The notes: generated by a model from the sequence alone, not told the origin. A stretch of DNA of 63,902 nucleotides, filler included, from Lama guanicoe (GCA_013239625.1; 142 parts of 142 records of this genome joined end to end with filler, not necessarily neighbours in it); one strand, 5' to 3'. Shown: positions 24,644 to 37,365, counted from the whole stretch's first letter. Numbers and translations are program-made.

Positions 24644-25645
24644 NNNNNNNNNNNNNNNNNNNNNNNNNNNNNNNNNNNNNNNNNNNNTTAATTAATTAAN
24701 NNNNNNNNNNNNNNNNNNNNNNNNNNNNNNNNNNNNNNNNNNNTCTCTGATAATTAGTGATCCTAAGCTTTTTTTCATGTGCCTTTTGGTCATTCGTATG
24801 TCTTCATTCTTAAATAAGATCCGAGATGTGCATTTCCTTTAGTTGTAATCCCCTCATATACAGGAACTCTACTTGGTGATGGTGAGGTATGTGGTGGGTA
24901 GAAAGTATTCTGTAGTGTATAATTAGGTCTCAGTCTTTTAGTGAGTCTGTGTCCCCGGGCCGGGACCTTCACAAGTGCTTCTCTGTACCACCCCCTCCTG
25001 AAGGTGGGATAGGACGGCTAGAGGGGGCTGGAGCTGGGGAATTCCCTTCTTCCAAGTCACTTAGGCTGTTAAAAAAAACCTGTAAATTAATTTTNNNNNN
25101 NNNNNNNNNNNNNNNNNNNNNNNNNNNNNNNNNNNNNNTTAATTAATTAANNNNNNNNNNNNNNNNNNNNNNNNNNNNNNNNNNNNNNNNNNNNTTTTTA
25201 TCATTGATTTGCAGGAGTCATTTTAGACACATAAGTGATTTGGGGAGAAAAAAACTTACATTGAAAATAATTGGCATTATATACCAAGAAACTGGACAGA
25301 TAGGAAGTTCAGCTTCTGAGGAGATGCCTCATTGTTTGTGCCAGTGGCCTCACATTATGTCTTTATTAATTGTGCCCACTGGGAAGCTGAGAAGCTGTGG
25401 GAATTAGAAAGCTGATCTTTTCTGCATTTGAATATTCCCCATAAGGTTGCCATGAGTCTTTCACTTATTCTGCTCATTCTCATTCCTACCTCTTTAAGGA
25501 TATGAACTGTATTTCTTCACAGTGATTTGCAAGGAAACTCTATTTNNNNNNNNNNNNNNNNNNNNNNNNNNNNNNNNNNNNNNNNNNNNTTAATTAATTA
25601 ANNNNNNNNNNNNNNNNNNNNNNNNNNNNNNNNNNNNNNNNNNNN

Positions 25646-25965
25646 GAGATGTGCTATAGGTGGAAATGAGACACTGGATTTCACAGACTTGGTCTGAAAA
25701 AGGAAAGAACATAAAATGTCTCTTGGAAAACTTTTTTAGTATGGATCATTTGTTGAAATAATACTATTCTGGATATACAGAGTTAATTAGAAATATTGAA
25801 TTATTGTATATTAAAATATGTATTGCAAATAATATTAACCTAATAAGCATTTAGATACATACTGCAGTATTAATTTCATGGTTTCTTTTTACCTTTTCTT
25901 ACTGTGGCTACTAGAAAAGTTTAAATTACACTCCTGGCTTGCATTCTATTTCTACTGGACAGTGC
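25646..25965 (-). mobile_element. MER33 (hAT-Charlie non-autonomous DNA transposon)
   Basis: Ends 'tgtggctactagaaaagtttaaattaca...tggcttgcattctatttctactggacagtgc', the reverse complement of the MER33 5' end. Confidence 0.8.
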
Positions 25966-26096
25966 AAAGCCAGGTGGTTTTTGTGGTGCCTGCAGANNNN
26001 NNNNNNNNNNNNNNNNNNNNNNNNNNNNNNNNNNNNNNNNTTAATTAATTAANNNNNNNNNNNNNNNNNNNNNNNNNNNNNNNNNNNNNNNNNNNN

Positions 26097-26447
26097 AGAC
26101 AGACAGACATCTCTCAATGCAACAGAATAGAGAGCCTAGAGATAAGTTCACAAATTTATTGTCAACTGACCTTCATTCAACAAAGGTGCTAAGAACACAC
26201 AATGAAGAAAGCATAGCCTCTTAAACAAAATTGTGGGAAAACTTGTTATCCACACACGTGAGAATAAAATTGGATCCTTATCACATACAAAAATGAACTC
26301 AAAATGGATTGAAGACTTAAATGTAAGACCTGAAATTGTAAAACTACTAGGAGAAAACAGAAAAAAGATCTTCTTGACACTGATCTGGGCAATGAGTTTT
26401 TGGATATGATCCCCAAAGCACAGGCAGCAAAAGCAAAAATAGCTAAG
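26097..26447 (+). mobile_element. LINE-1 ORF2 fragment (post-RT)
   Basis: 'aacagaatagagagcctaga...aactcaaaatggattgaagacttaaatgtaagacctgaaa'. Confidence 0.92.
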
Positions 26448-26564
26448 NNNNNNNNNNNNNNNNNNNNNNNNNNNNNNNNNNNNNNNNNNNNTTAATTAAT
26501 TAANNNNNNNNNNNNNNNNNNNNNNNNNNNNNNNNNNNNNNNNNNNNCCTGGCATTAAAGTCAC

Positions 26565-26706
26565 CTTTTTTTCACAACAGAAACCAGCAAATACCCTTCA
26601 AGATGAGAAGTTAAGCACAGCTCTTTATGCTCTTTTATAGGAGGCGGGGTCCTGATTGGATCATTGCAATAACCTGGTTCTCAGGGGGAGCCACTTCCCC
26701 CATTGG
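26565..26706 (-). promoter_or_regulatory. Candidate Pol II core promoter and short first exon
   Basis: In minus-strand order: CCAAT (26702-26706), ATTGCAAT (26663-26670), TGATCCAATCA (26653-26663), CCCCGCCTC (26641-26649), TATAAAA (26633-26639), then an AG|GTGACT donor-like site at 26565/26564. Confidence 0.45.
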
Positions 26707-27499
26707 CTTAGCTTTCTCCCAGTTACTCCAATGATATAAGATGCTGGGGGCTTTGAAATTTCCTTCAAGGAGAGACTGGTGACAAATCTTGGTTACATGG
26801 TAGTTAATGATCATGTACTTGTGGGGAACACTAGGAAATCAAAGATCTGTTTCTCCCTGGCTGTTGCTGGTAAAGCTTCATTTGGCTTCACCTGATGANN
26901 NNNNNNNNNNNNNNNNNNNNNNNNNNNNNNNNNNNNNNNNNNTTAATTAATTAANNNNNNNNNNNNNNNNNNNNNNNNNNNNNNNNNNNNNNNNNNNNTG
27001 GCATATAGAACTTTTATAATATTTCCATCTGTAAAGAATTCCCATAGAAATCACGCTGTGGGGAATACCAAATTTGCAAATACAGGGTCAGAATTGTTAG
27101 TTTAGTCTTTTCAGAAAAAGATACAATGCATGAATGACTAGTCAGAGTGTCCAAAGTTAACACAGTCCTCTGTGACTACCATGAACATGCAAGGCTATCA
27201 ACACAGAGGAACAGGAAACTCTGAAACAGAAAAATATTTCAAGGTTCTCTGGAGATAAACTGCAATATACCGAGTGGCATTAGGAAGCACAAGATGAAAA
27301 ATGTGTTTCATTAATATACAAATATACTATTTATTAAATTATATTTTTTNNNNNNNNNNNNNNNNNNNNNNNNNNNNNNNNNNNNNNNNNNNNTTAATTA
27401 ATTAANNNNNNNNNNNNNNNNNNNNNNNNNNNNNNNNNNNNNNNNNNNNCATGTCCCTTCCTTGAATTCAGCCCATGCATTTGAAAGAATACTGCTGTC

Positions 27500-27800
27500 A
27501 GAAAAGAAGTAAAATTGTCTCTGCTTGCAGATGAGATGATAACTATATATAGAAAACCCTAAAGACTCCACCAAAAGTTGTTAGAAATAATAAATGAATT
27601 CAGTAAAGTTGCAGGAGACAAAATCAATATACAGAAATCAGTTGCATTTCTATATGATAACAACGATCTTTCAGAAAGAGAAACTGAGAAAACAATCCCA
27701 CTTACAATAGCATCAAAAAGATAAAATCCATAGGGATACATTTAACCAAGGCAGAGAAAAATCTGCATGCTGAAACCCATCAAACAGTGATGAAAGAAAC
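27500..27800 (+). mobile_element. LINE-1 reverse-transcriptase fragment with mutated catalytic motif
   Basis: Reads EVKLSLLADEMI (consensus EVKLSLFADDMI), then after a frameshift YIENPKDSTKKLLEIINEFSKVAGDKINIQKSVAFLY. Confidence 0.95.
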
Positions 27801-30606
27801 NNNNNNNNNNNNNNNNNNNNNNNNNNNNNNNNNNNNNNNNNNNNTTAATTAATTAANNNNNNNNNNNNNNNNNNNNNNNNNNNNNNNNNNNNNNNNNNNN
27901 CAAAGAGACTCCCTGTGAGAGCAGAAGGCACCTGACCCAGAAGCAGTATCGTTATTCCACTGCCTGGAGCAGAGTAGAAACTGTGCATCAAGCTTTTAGG
28001 AAAACTGGCCAAATAAGTGGTACTGAACTTGCAGGTTATGTGACAAATTAGGAGACTTTCAGCTCAAGGACATGGCATATCTCAGCAAACAGTAAGTTTA
28101 AAAAAATTCTTGGACAAAAATGTCAGAAATTGATCAAGAAACCATCATTCTTATATAGGAAAAAAAAGGTTTTATTATTAGTATTCTTCACAGAAATAGA
28201 ACTTTATTCTGATTTCCTTACTAATACACTACAAGTTCTTGAGAAATGACANNNNNNNNNNNNNNNNNNNNNNNNNNNNNNNNNNNNNNNNNNNNTTAAT
28301 TAATTAANNNNNNNNNNNNNNNNNNNNNNNNNNNNNNNNNNNNNNNNNNNNCCTCAGTGCCTCTTGACGCTGTGTCCATTCTGAGAGCACTGCCTTAGTG
28401 TAAGTCCTCTCGCCTGGACTACTGCTGGTAGTAGTCCTCGGAACCTTTCCCTGCCATCTGCACAGAGGCAGAGTGGTAGTTCTAAAAAAAAGGCTCAGAT
28501 CACCCTAACCCTCCTTCACAATAGCCCTCCACCGCCTGGAGAAGAGGCTCCGGACTCTTTCACATGCTAAATGTGACTTTTTGATTTCTGACCACAGCTG
28601 CTTACTCCAACTTCATCTCCCTCGGAACTCAACACCCCAAACTTGCCACTTCTCCAGTCCATTATCTCCTTCTAGGCCTTGCCTACGCTGATCCCTTTAC
28701 AGNNNNNNNNNNNNNNNNNNNNNNNNNNNNNNNNNNNNNNNNNNNNTTAATTAATTAANNNNNNNNNNNNNNNNNNNNNNNNNNNNNNNNNNNNNNNNNN
28801 NNCCAGGAGCTAGGAGGCACCACAATGAATGAGAGCTTAATTTCCAGGGGATTTAATCCAAATGAATAAAATGAGCAAGCAAATAAGTGTGGACACATCG
28901 AATTCTGATTCTGACAAGTTCTATGGGTAATGTGATGAAGACTGATTGGATATAGTGTCTTTTTGTGGGGTTCTGAGGAAAAGCTCCCCTGAAAGGTCCT
29001 ACCTGAACAGAAATGAGAAGAAGGTAGCTGTGTGGAGACATGAGGAATTGTTTTCCAAGCAGTAAGAACAGCCTCATAAAGTATAATCCACAAAAGAGCC
29101 TGGCACAACCCATGGACAGTGAGGACAGTGTGGATGGAGCTTATCGAAAAAAANNNNNNNNNNNNNNNNNNNNNNNNNNNNNNNNNNNNNNNNNNNNTTA
29201 ATTAATTAANNNNNNNNNNNNNNNNNNNNNNNNNNNNNNNNNNNNNNNNNNNNTCTCTACTCTCAAAATAACCTTAAATGTATTCTATTTTTCCAAGTTT
29301 TCATTTCAGAGGCGCAAAACTGAGCCTCTCTGGCCTGAGCAAGGTCACAGCACTGGGAAAATGGCTAGCATGGGATCCAGCCACCTCTCAGGCCCCCCAC
29401 GGTCCCTTCCCCCGCCGCCCCCGTGGCTTACACCGGGCTCGCCCCAGCCGCTTCCCAGCTAGTCCGCCTGCTACCGCTCTTTGCTCTCCTACAATCTAAC
29501 CTTCAGCCCACATCCAGAAGGGTCCCCTAGTCATGCTTTTGGTTAAATCTTTGCAGTTGCTTCCCAATAACCATAGAATAAAAATCCATACTTTTTTTTT
29601 TTTTNNNNNNNNNNNNNNNNNNNNNNNNNNNNNNNNNNNNNNNNNNNNTTAATTAATTAANNNNNNNNNNNNNNNNNNNNNNNNNNNNNNNNNNNNNNNN
29701 NNNNTTCCTTATTTCATGCTTTCCCTCAGTCACTGCCTTTGGTCTTCTGTTGTACATTAATAGTCCATCTCTACTTGACTTCCTTACCCCTTCTTCCCAA
29801 ACTCTTTCATCTCATTTTTACTGTTTCTCAGCATATGTTTATTTGATTTCATTTTCTTTGTATTACTGTACTTTTTACTTTATTTTTACTCTAGTTACCC
29901 TCATGGGTTTTTACTTTTCAATTTCCCAGACCAGCAATCGTCTGCAGCCATCATTCCTCATTCCATTATTTGAGGCTTCTATTCTATTTAGCTTTGATTT
30001 TCTCCACCTTGGGGGCTGGGCAAGTGAAACTAACTGAAGGTGTCCTCCAGGCACTNNNNNNNNNNNNNNNNNNNNNNNNNNNNNNNNNNNNNNNNNNNNT
30101 TAATTAATTAANNNNNNNNNNNNNNNNNNNNNNNNNNNNNNNNNNNNNNNNNNNNAAAAAAAAATTTAATAAAGCTAAATTTTAAGAGAAACCCCAATAG
30201 TTAAGAGAAATCAAAATGAAGCTGCTGTTCTGGCTGAGACAGGAGTATGGAACCTGGGTCTTCACCTGCTAGGGCTCTTTCTTACCTTCTTACAGCCCCC
30301 AAAGGGTGAATTGGCTTCAGTTTTTAACAATCAAATCAAATGTTGGGAGAAGCTTGGGTGCATCTCAGGGTAGCACAGTTTGAAAGCCCCAGCGATGGTC
30401 CCAGCACGGGGAGTGGATGAGACCCAGAAGGATGATGACAAGGATGAAGCAGACAAAGCAGGAGGTGAGCCAGCTCTTACACCTGCTGCCCCGCATCCTT
30501 CTCAGTNNNNNNNNNNNNNNNNNNNNNNNNNNNNNNNNNNNNNNNNNNNNTTAATTAATTAANNNNNNNNNNNNNNNNNNNNNNNNNNNNNNNNNNNNNN
30601 NNNNNN

Positions 30607-30956
30607 AAAAAAAAAAGAACGAAAAGGAATGAGGACAGTTTGAGAGCACTCTGGGACAACAGGAAGAAGTGCACTAATAGTCACATGATAGGGGTCCCAG
30701 AAAGAGAGGCGCGAGAGAGAAGGAATCTGAGAAAAATTTTGGAGAGATAATCACTGAAAACTTCCCCTGCTTGGGAAAGGGACAGTCACCCAAGTCCAGG
30801 AAGGACACACAGGATCAACCCAAAGAGGAGCACACCAAGGCACACAGTCATCAAACTGACAACAATTAGGATAAGGAGAAAATATTAAAATCAGCAAGAG
30901 AAAAGCGACAAATAACACACAAGGGAACTCCCATAAGGTTATCAGCTGATTTTTCA
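30607..30956 (+). mobile_element. LINE-1 ORF1 fragment
   Basis: 'ctctgggacaac...ataggggtcccagaa...gagataatcactgaaaacttccc...aagggaactcccataaggttatcagctgattttt' (LWDN..IGVPE..ENFP..PIRLSADF). Confidence 0.92.
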
Positions 30957-31507
30957 NNNNNNNNNNNNNNNNNNNNNNNNNNNNNNNNNNNNNNNNNNNN
31001 TTAATTAATTAANNNNNNNNNNNNNNNNNNNNNNNNNNNNNNNNNNNNNNNNNNNNTCCCCCGGGGTCCCCAGAGGACAGCCACAGCCACACCCAGGGGA
31101 CAGGCACCTTCCCTCTGAGGCTCCCAGAGGCCTGCAGTGTCCAGCCTTGAGCTGACTCACACTTGCTTGTTCGTTCTAAAGGAAATTCAGAGAGTGCAAC
31201 CACATTCCCACCTACCCATGAAGAGCAGGGGCCACTGCCCTCGAAACCTTCAGATGGCTCCCTGCTGGGGTCACAGCACCAGGGTCTCATCCCAGGTCAG
31301 GTGGCCCCACAGCCCTCTGCCCTTAGAATGGCGAAGAAGCCCCTTCCCTTCTAGGAGCGGTCACTCACTGTCCCCAACTGTCCCGGTCACTCACCACCCT
31401 GACTCTCNNNNNNNNNNNNNNNNNNNNNNNNNNNNNNNNNNNNNNNNNNNNTTAATTAATTAANNNNNNNNNNNNNNNNNNNNNNNNNNNNNNNNNNNNN
31501 NNNNNNN

Positions 31508-31858
31508 TCTTCCTCTGAGAGCACTTCCCAGGCTGCCTTTCTCAGCCCAGCTGTCCCACTGAGACCAGGTCAGTGAGATCTGTGTGTTCTGGCGGCCCCT
31601 GTGCTTACCTCTGTGGTCCGTCCTGTCAGCTGTAAGCTGTGATGGCCTGTTTGTTGGTTTCTGTCTACATCATGAGCTCCTTGACAATGCAGACCATGTC
31701 TGAGCCTCAGCTGTGTATCCTCAGGCCCGAAAGTAGCACCTGCTGTATAGTCAGTAACTGGTATTGGAGTGAAGGAATTGGTTGATTTATGACTAATGTT
31801 AATTTTCCATTCATACTTACCTGCCTGTTGAAGTACGTGTGTGGAGATAAAAAAAAAA
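31508..31858 (+). repeat. Paralogous contig B1 (direct copy of 37366-37716), probably L2-derived
   Basis: Same start and same poly-A end as B2; about 20 differences including three 1-nt indels (~94% identity by eye). Confidence 0.95.
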
Positions 31859-31958
31859 NNNNNNNNNNNNNNNNNNNNNNNNNNNNNNNNNNNNNNNNNN
31901 NNTTAATTAATTAANNNNNNNNNNNNNNNNNNNNNNNNNNNNNNNNNNNNNNNNNNNN

Positions 31959-32309
31959 AGCTGTAGCACATCCTTACTACTGTAGTAATTTTGTAGCCAC
32001 CTCCTGTCGCTGTTGCAGTGAGCTCGTGTTGTGAGTATCCGCTTAAAATGCCGAGTGATGCTAATCATCTCCATCTGAGCGGTTTGTCTCTCCAGTAAAC
32101 TCTATATCAAGCAAAAAGTGATCTCTCGCAGTCCTTGCGTATTTTTCAGCATGTTTAGTGCGATAACATAAAGCTTGACTAACACCGTAGGACCCCATAC
32201 ACAGTGCCACTGTTGATGTTGGACACGCTCCCAAGTAGCAGAGAAGAGTCATGACAGTACAAGAAAAAGTTGAATTCCTTGATATGTGTGTAGATTGAGG
32301 TCTGCTGCT
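31959..32309 (+). mobile_element. Tigger2 DNA transposon fragment including decayed transposase start
   Basis: 'tagccacctcctgtcgctgttgcagtgagctc...aaaaagtgatctctcgcag'; reads PK*QRRVMTVQEKVEFLDM versus Tigger2 PKKQRKVMTLQEKVELLDM. Confidence 0.88.
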
Positions 32310-32409
32310 NNNNNNNNNNNNNNNNNNNNNNNNNNNNNNNNNNNNNNNNNNNNTTAATTAATTAANNNNNNNNNNNNNNNNNNNNNNNNNNNNNNNNNNN
32401 NNNNNNNNN

Positions 32410-32650
32410 AACAATTTCAACACTGCAGATCTTGCATCAGAAAGCATGAGAGCTAGAAGGAAGTGAAATGAAATTTTTAAAGGGTTGAAAGAAAGAACTG
32501 GCAACCCATAATTCTACATCCAGCAAAAACATCACTTAACAGTGAAGATGAAATAAAACATTCTCAATGAAGAAAACAAAAATAATTTGTTATCAGCAGA
32601 CCTGCCCTAAAAGAATCACTAAAAGGATTTCTTTGAATAGAAAGGAGATG
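32410..32650 (+). mobile_element. Old LINE-1 ORF1 C-terminal fragment
   Basis: 'catcagaaagcatgagagctagaagg...caacccataattctacatccagcaaaa...cagcagacctgccctaaaagaa'. Confidence 0.85.
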
Positions 32651-32651
32651 A

Positions 32652-32760
32652 GGAGGAGCCAAGATGGGAGAACAGAGAGACTGACAGCTCGTCCTCTCCC
32701 ACAAATACACGAAGAATTACATCTACAAACCCACTGAATTGCACAGAACACCTACTGAAC
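32652..32760 (+). mobile_element. LINE-1 5' terminus (5' UTR start)
   Basis: GGAGGAGCCAAGATGG (YY1-type core) followed by 'cagctcgtcctctcccacaaatacac...cacagaacacctactgaac'. Confidence 0.7.
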
Positions 32761-33359
32761 NNNNNNNNNNNNNNNNNNNNNNNNNNNNNNNNNNNNNNNN
32801 NNNNTTAATTAATTAANNNNNNNNNNNNNNNNNNNNNNNNNNNNNNNNNNNNNNNNNNNNCCATACCATGCCATCTGAGTTTCTCTCACCTCTCCTGTCT
32901 GTTTCCCTCACTCAGCCTGGCCCTGACATAGGTGTTGCCTTCCCTTCTGGTCCTTAGTGCTCTCTTCTCCTCATACTCTGCTCTCACCCTTTGTGATCTT
33001 ATTTTCATTCATGTGACCAACAGGGACTTGTAGATGGGAGATGCCAAAATCGAATCTGTGCAGCCTTGAATTCACTTCTAAGGTATTTGCCCATCTCCTT
33101 GCTATTCCTTTTCCTTCTGATTGGCCTACAAACATTTCAGATTCAATTTGTCCAAACTGTGTGCCTGTCTCCAGACTGTTCTTGAATTTATGCCTTTCCA
33201 AGCTGGAAATCNNNNNNNNNNNNNNNNNNNNNNNNNNNNNNNNNNNNNNNNNNNNTTAATTAATTAANNNNNNNNNNNNNNNNNNNNNNNNNNNNNNNNN
33301 NNNNNNNNNNNTATCAAAATTCTGTATGTTAATAAAATATATTTGTGCTTTCCATTTAG

Positions 33360-33493
33360 ATATAGTAGTTTCTGAGCTCAATCACGGTGTTCTTGGATTA
33401 GGACTGGACACAGTAGAAGAACAAGAGGAAAAGGAGCAATTTTTTGAGAAAGGCTTAATATCTTCCACGGATTATTCAAGATTAAATAAGGAA
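33360..33493 (+). pseudogene. CEP162: CEP162 (KIAA1009/QN1) exon-like segment, probably a degenerate unprocessed copy
   Basis: After acceptor 'tgctttccatttag' it reads (D)IVVSELNHGVLGLGLDTVEEQEEKEQFF---EKGLISSTDYSRLNKE versus recalled human ELVVSELNHSSLGVGLDTLEEQEEKEQFFARLEKGLTSSIDYSRLNKE. Similarity is lost after NKE and the frame stops at 33532. Confidence 0.8.
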
Positions 33494-34213
33494 TACGTGC
33501 ATAATATAAGTATAATATACACTAATCATTAAATGATTTTTGTGTCTTTCTGTATTTTTCAAAGGCTGGTCTATGCATGGACTTAAATGTGTTGATATTT
33601 TAACAGGCAAAAGTTAAATCTTATTTTTAACTCTCTCTGTTCATTATTTTGGTTGGAGTTTCNNNNNNNNNNNNNNNNNNNNNNNNNNNNNNNNNNNNNN
33701 NNNNNNTTAATTAATTAANNNNNNNNNNNNNNNNNNNNNNNNNNNNNNNNNNNNNNNNNNNNCACATAAATGTTAGCCATCGTCATCTTCAGCACAGAGG
33801 AAAGAATGGGTCTAAGAATAAAAGCAACGTGGGAAGGGCAACATGTGAGCTAAATAAGACTGAACAGAACTTGCCAGGTGCCTGGAGGGGGCTGGAGAAG
33901 GGAGGGAGCCGGTTCATAAGGGGGGAGGATGGCAACCCCTGGGTTGTCCCCACCCTCCAATGACTGTCAGGCTGAAAGGCACAGGGACGTGCAGTCTGAG
34001 GGAGCTGGAGGCAGCGCTGTCACACAGCTGCTTCGGTTTAGTCTCTCCCTGCTGGACATACGGTGTTTCATGACAATCCTCAAAGGGAAGCTAGTTGTCT
34101 TTTTTTTTTTTTTNNNNNNNNNNNNNNNNNNNNNNNNNNNNNNNNNNNNNNNNNNNNTTAATTAATTAANNNNNNNNNNNNNNNNNNNNNNNNNNNNNNN
34201 NNNNNNNNNNNNN

Positions 34214-34248
<35 letters not shown>
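34214..34248 (+). repeat. (GA)n microsatellite at contig start
   Basis: Directly visible. Confidence 0.97.
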
Positions 34249-34252
<4 letters not shown>

Positions 34253-35159
34253 AGTGAGAGAGAAAGGAAGGAAGCAAGAAACTGAGGGGAAACATATTTG
34301 CAAGAGATACAAACGCATGTCCTACTGATTAAGTTTGTGGTTTTATTTGGATCCCAAGAAAAGAAACTAACTTAAAAATAGCACGGAGACACTGATGAGA
34401 GATGTTGAGGGTAGGGGATTATATATGTGTGGGCGGAAGGGCATGTGGGAACTCTGTATTTTCTGCTCACTTCTGCTGTAAACCTGAAAGTGCTCTTAAA
34501 AAACTAAAATCGATTAAAAAATAACAATGAGAAATTTGAACACTATTTTATGATATTAAANNNNNNNNNNNNNNNNNNNNNNNNNNNNNNNNNNNNNNNN
34601 NNNNTTAATTAATTAANNNNNNNNNNNNNNNNNNNNNNNNNNNNNNNNNNNNNNNNNNNNTTAGATTACTTCTGTGACTGATCAATTAATTAACTGACCA
34701 CGGATGGACAGTGTAAGTGCAGTTGACCAAGATATTCAATTCCATCTGAATGGCCAAGGCCAACTGGTGAAGTTACAGCAGGAGATTGGCTTAAATTTAT
34801 AAGGCTAGATAAACACCCCTCATCCTTTTGAACAATTATTAATTCATGATTTATGCCTTTAGGGTCATTTTTTTCTCTATTAAAATATAGACTACATATA
34901 AAAAAATGGACAATTTTAAGTGTAAATCTCAGTTAATTTTCATAAAGTGAACAACACATGTTAACCATTTCCCAGATCAAAGAACAGATCAATGAATCGA
35001 ACACTACCAGCNNNNNNNNNNNNNNNNNNNNNNNNNNNNNNNNNNNNNNNNNNNNTTAATTAATTAANNNNNNNNNNNNNNNNNNNNNNNNNNNNNNNNN
35101 NNNNNNNNNNNAATGAATGAAGTCTCCACAGCTCCAGATTTAAGAAGCATCAGGGATTT

Positions 35160-35461
35160 TTCTTTCTTTTTTTTTTTTAATTGAAGTACAGTCAGTTACC
35201 GTGGGTCAATCGCTGATGTACCACATAATGTCACAGTCATACATGTACATACATGTATTCATTTTCATGTTCTTTTACACTAAATGTTATTATAAGATAC
35301 TGAATATAGTTCCCTGTGCTCTACAGAAGAGATTTGTTTTTATATATAGTAGTTAATATTTGCAAATCTCAGAATCCCAAGTTTATCACTTTCCACCCCC
35401 TTCCCCAACCCTGTAACCATAAGATTGTTTACTATGTCTGGGAGTCTGTTTCTGTTTCGTA
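35160..35461 (-). mobile_element. Lineage-specific LINE-1 3' UTR with poly-A tail
   Basis: Poly-T, then 'aattgaagtacagtcagttac...tgaatatagttccctgtgct'. The same family occurs at 35810-35912 and 54514-54864. Confidence 0.8.
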
Positions 35462-35809
35462 NNNNNNNNNNNNNNNNNNNNNNNNNNNNNNNNNNNNNNN
35501 NNNNNTTAATTAATTAANNNNNNNNNNNNNNNNNNNNNNNNNNNNNNNNNNNNNNNNNNNNAAGGCAATATTTTTGTTTTGTTTTTGTTTTTTAGTAGCA
35601 ATAAAATGAAAGTATTGCACTGAAGTAGACCTTAAATGTTCTTTGGGACTAAGTTAGGTTAAGAGAGTTGCTTGCCTGTCTGCTTGATATGACTACCTGG
35701 ATGTCTCACAGTTCTAATCTACCAAACCCCAAAGAGAAGTAATGCTCCATTCACATCATCCCCAGGTACTAAAACCTGTCTGCACATCTTAATTAATAGA
35801 TCTCCCTCT

Positions 35810-35912
35810 TTTTATTACAGGTTATTACAAGATACTGAATATAGTTCCCTGTGTTATACAGGAGGACCTTGCTGTTTAAGTCTTTTATGTAAAATAGTTT
35901 GTATCTGTTAAT
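35810..35912 (-). mobile_element. LINE-1 3' UTR fragment
   Basis: 'ggttattacaagatactgaatatagttccctgtgttatacag' is shared with 35160-35461. Confidence 0.75.
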
Positions 35913-37365
35913 NNNNNNNNNNNNNNNNNNNNNNNNNNNNNNNNNNNNNNNNNNNNTTAATTAATTAANNNNNNNNNNNNNNNNNNNNNNNNNNNNNNNN
36001 NNNNNNNNNNNNTGGCTGAGTAGTATTCCACTGTATATATGTACCACATCTTCTTTATCCACTGAATCCATTTTTTTTAATGAATGTGCACCTGTGAGCA
36101 AATAAAGTCAGCTATCTCTTAGAGAGGATATTAGTTCTACAAATGGATTTGGCAGCTTTGGCTGATGGTTCTGTTGCACACAAAATAGTCCTTTGAAGAA
36201 AACCTAGGAATTTATTTTAGAATTTTAAGAAAATCTATCAAATAAACAAGGAAATAAAATTCCTCCTGAAAACTTTCTAACCAACACTTACTTTGGTTTT
36301 GAATATTTTTAGGTTTTTTCCCCATAAAATTTCTATAATGAGTTTGATTGATTTATATCTTTANNNNNNNNNNNNNNNNNNNNNNNNNNNNNNNNNNNNN
36401 NNNNNNNTTAATTAATTAANNNNNNNNNNNNNNNNNNNNNNNNNNNNNNNNNNNNNNNNNNNNATAAGAGACACCATTTAATTTTATGTCAGAGAAGGGG
36501 GTATTTTTATTATAAGCAGAGGAGAAAACACACAAAAATTAGGAAAGCAAATGAAGCATATGAATATTTTTCAAATTGCTCTACTGGGAATTATATTTAA
36601 ACACAACATAAGAAGTCAGAAGGAGATACATATGGTTAATCACAGTAAATGCAACAGTGGAAGAAAGATTTGAAGCAATATTTAAAGTGAAAGAATAAAA
36701 GAGAGTGGGCAGAATAGGGGAGAAGACGTTTCAAAGATAAACTGTCATGGCTGGAAAGAAAACCATATGACTGGAAATCATAAGGGGGATTACGAATGAG
36801 TGAGCAAGAACGTGNNNNNNNNNNNNNNNNNNNNNNNNNNNNNNNNNNNNNNNNNNNNTTAATTAATTAANNNNNNNNNNNNNNNNNNNNNNNNNNNNNN
36901 NNNNNNNNNNNNNNAATTACCAGAGTTCTTTACCCTAAAAGAGCAACTTGTATAAGAAATTGTTTTCATTGGCTGACCCAGATAGCAGACCATTGGCAAA
37001 GGCCAGAGTCTGCAAAAAAGTGCAAATGGGGCCCATTGTTAACTAGGGAATCTTTTAGTGCTAAGGTGACGGCCTGAAATCCAGCCAATTTTGCTGACTC
37101 TCAGATCACTGGATCTATAAAAATAGGTTAGCTCAAAATAGATTAAAAGACCTAAATATAAGAACAGATACTACAAAACTCCTACAGGAAAACGGCATGA
37201 CACTCTGCAACATAAATCACAATACTTTTGTTTTGGATTCACATCCCAGAGTACCAGAAACAAACNNNNNNNNNNNNNNNNNNNNNNNNNNNNNNNNNNN
37301 NNNNNNNNNTTAATTAATTAANNNNNNNNNNNNNNNNNNNNNNNNNNNNNNNNNNNNNNNNNNNN

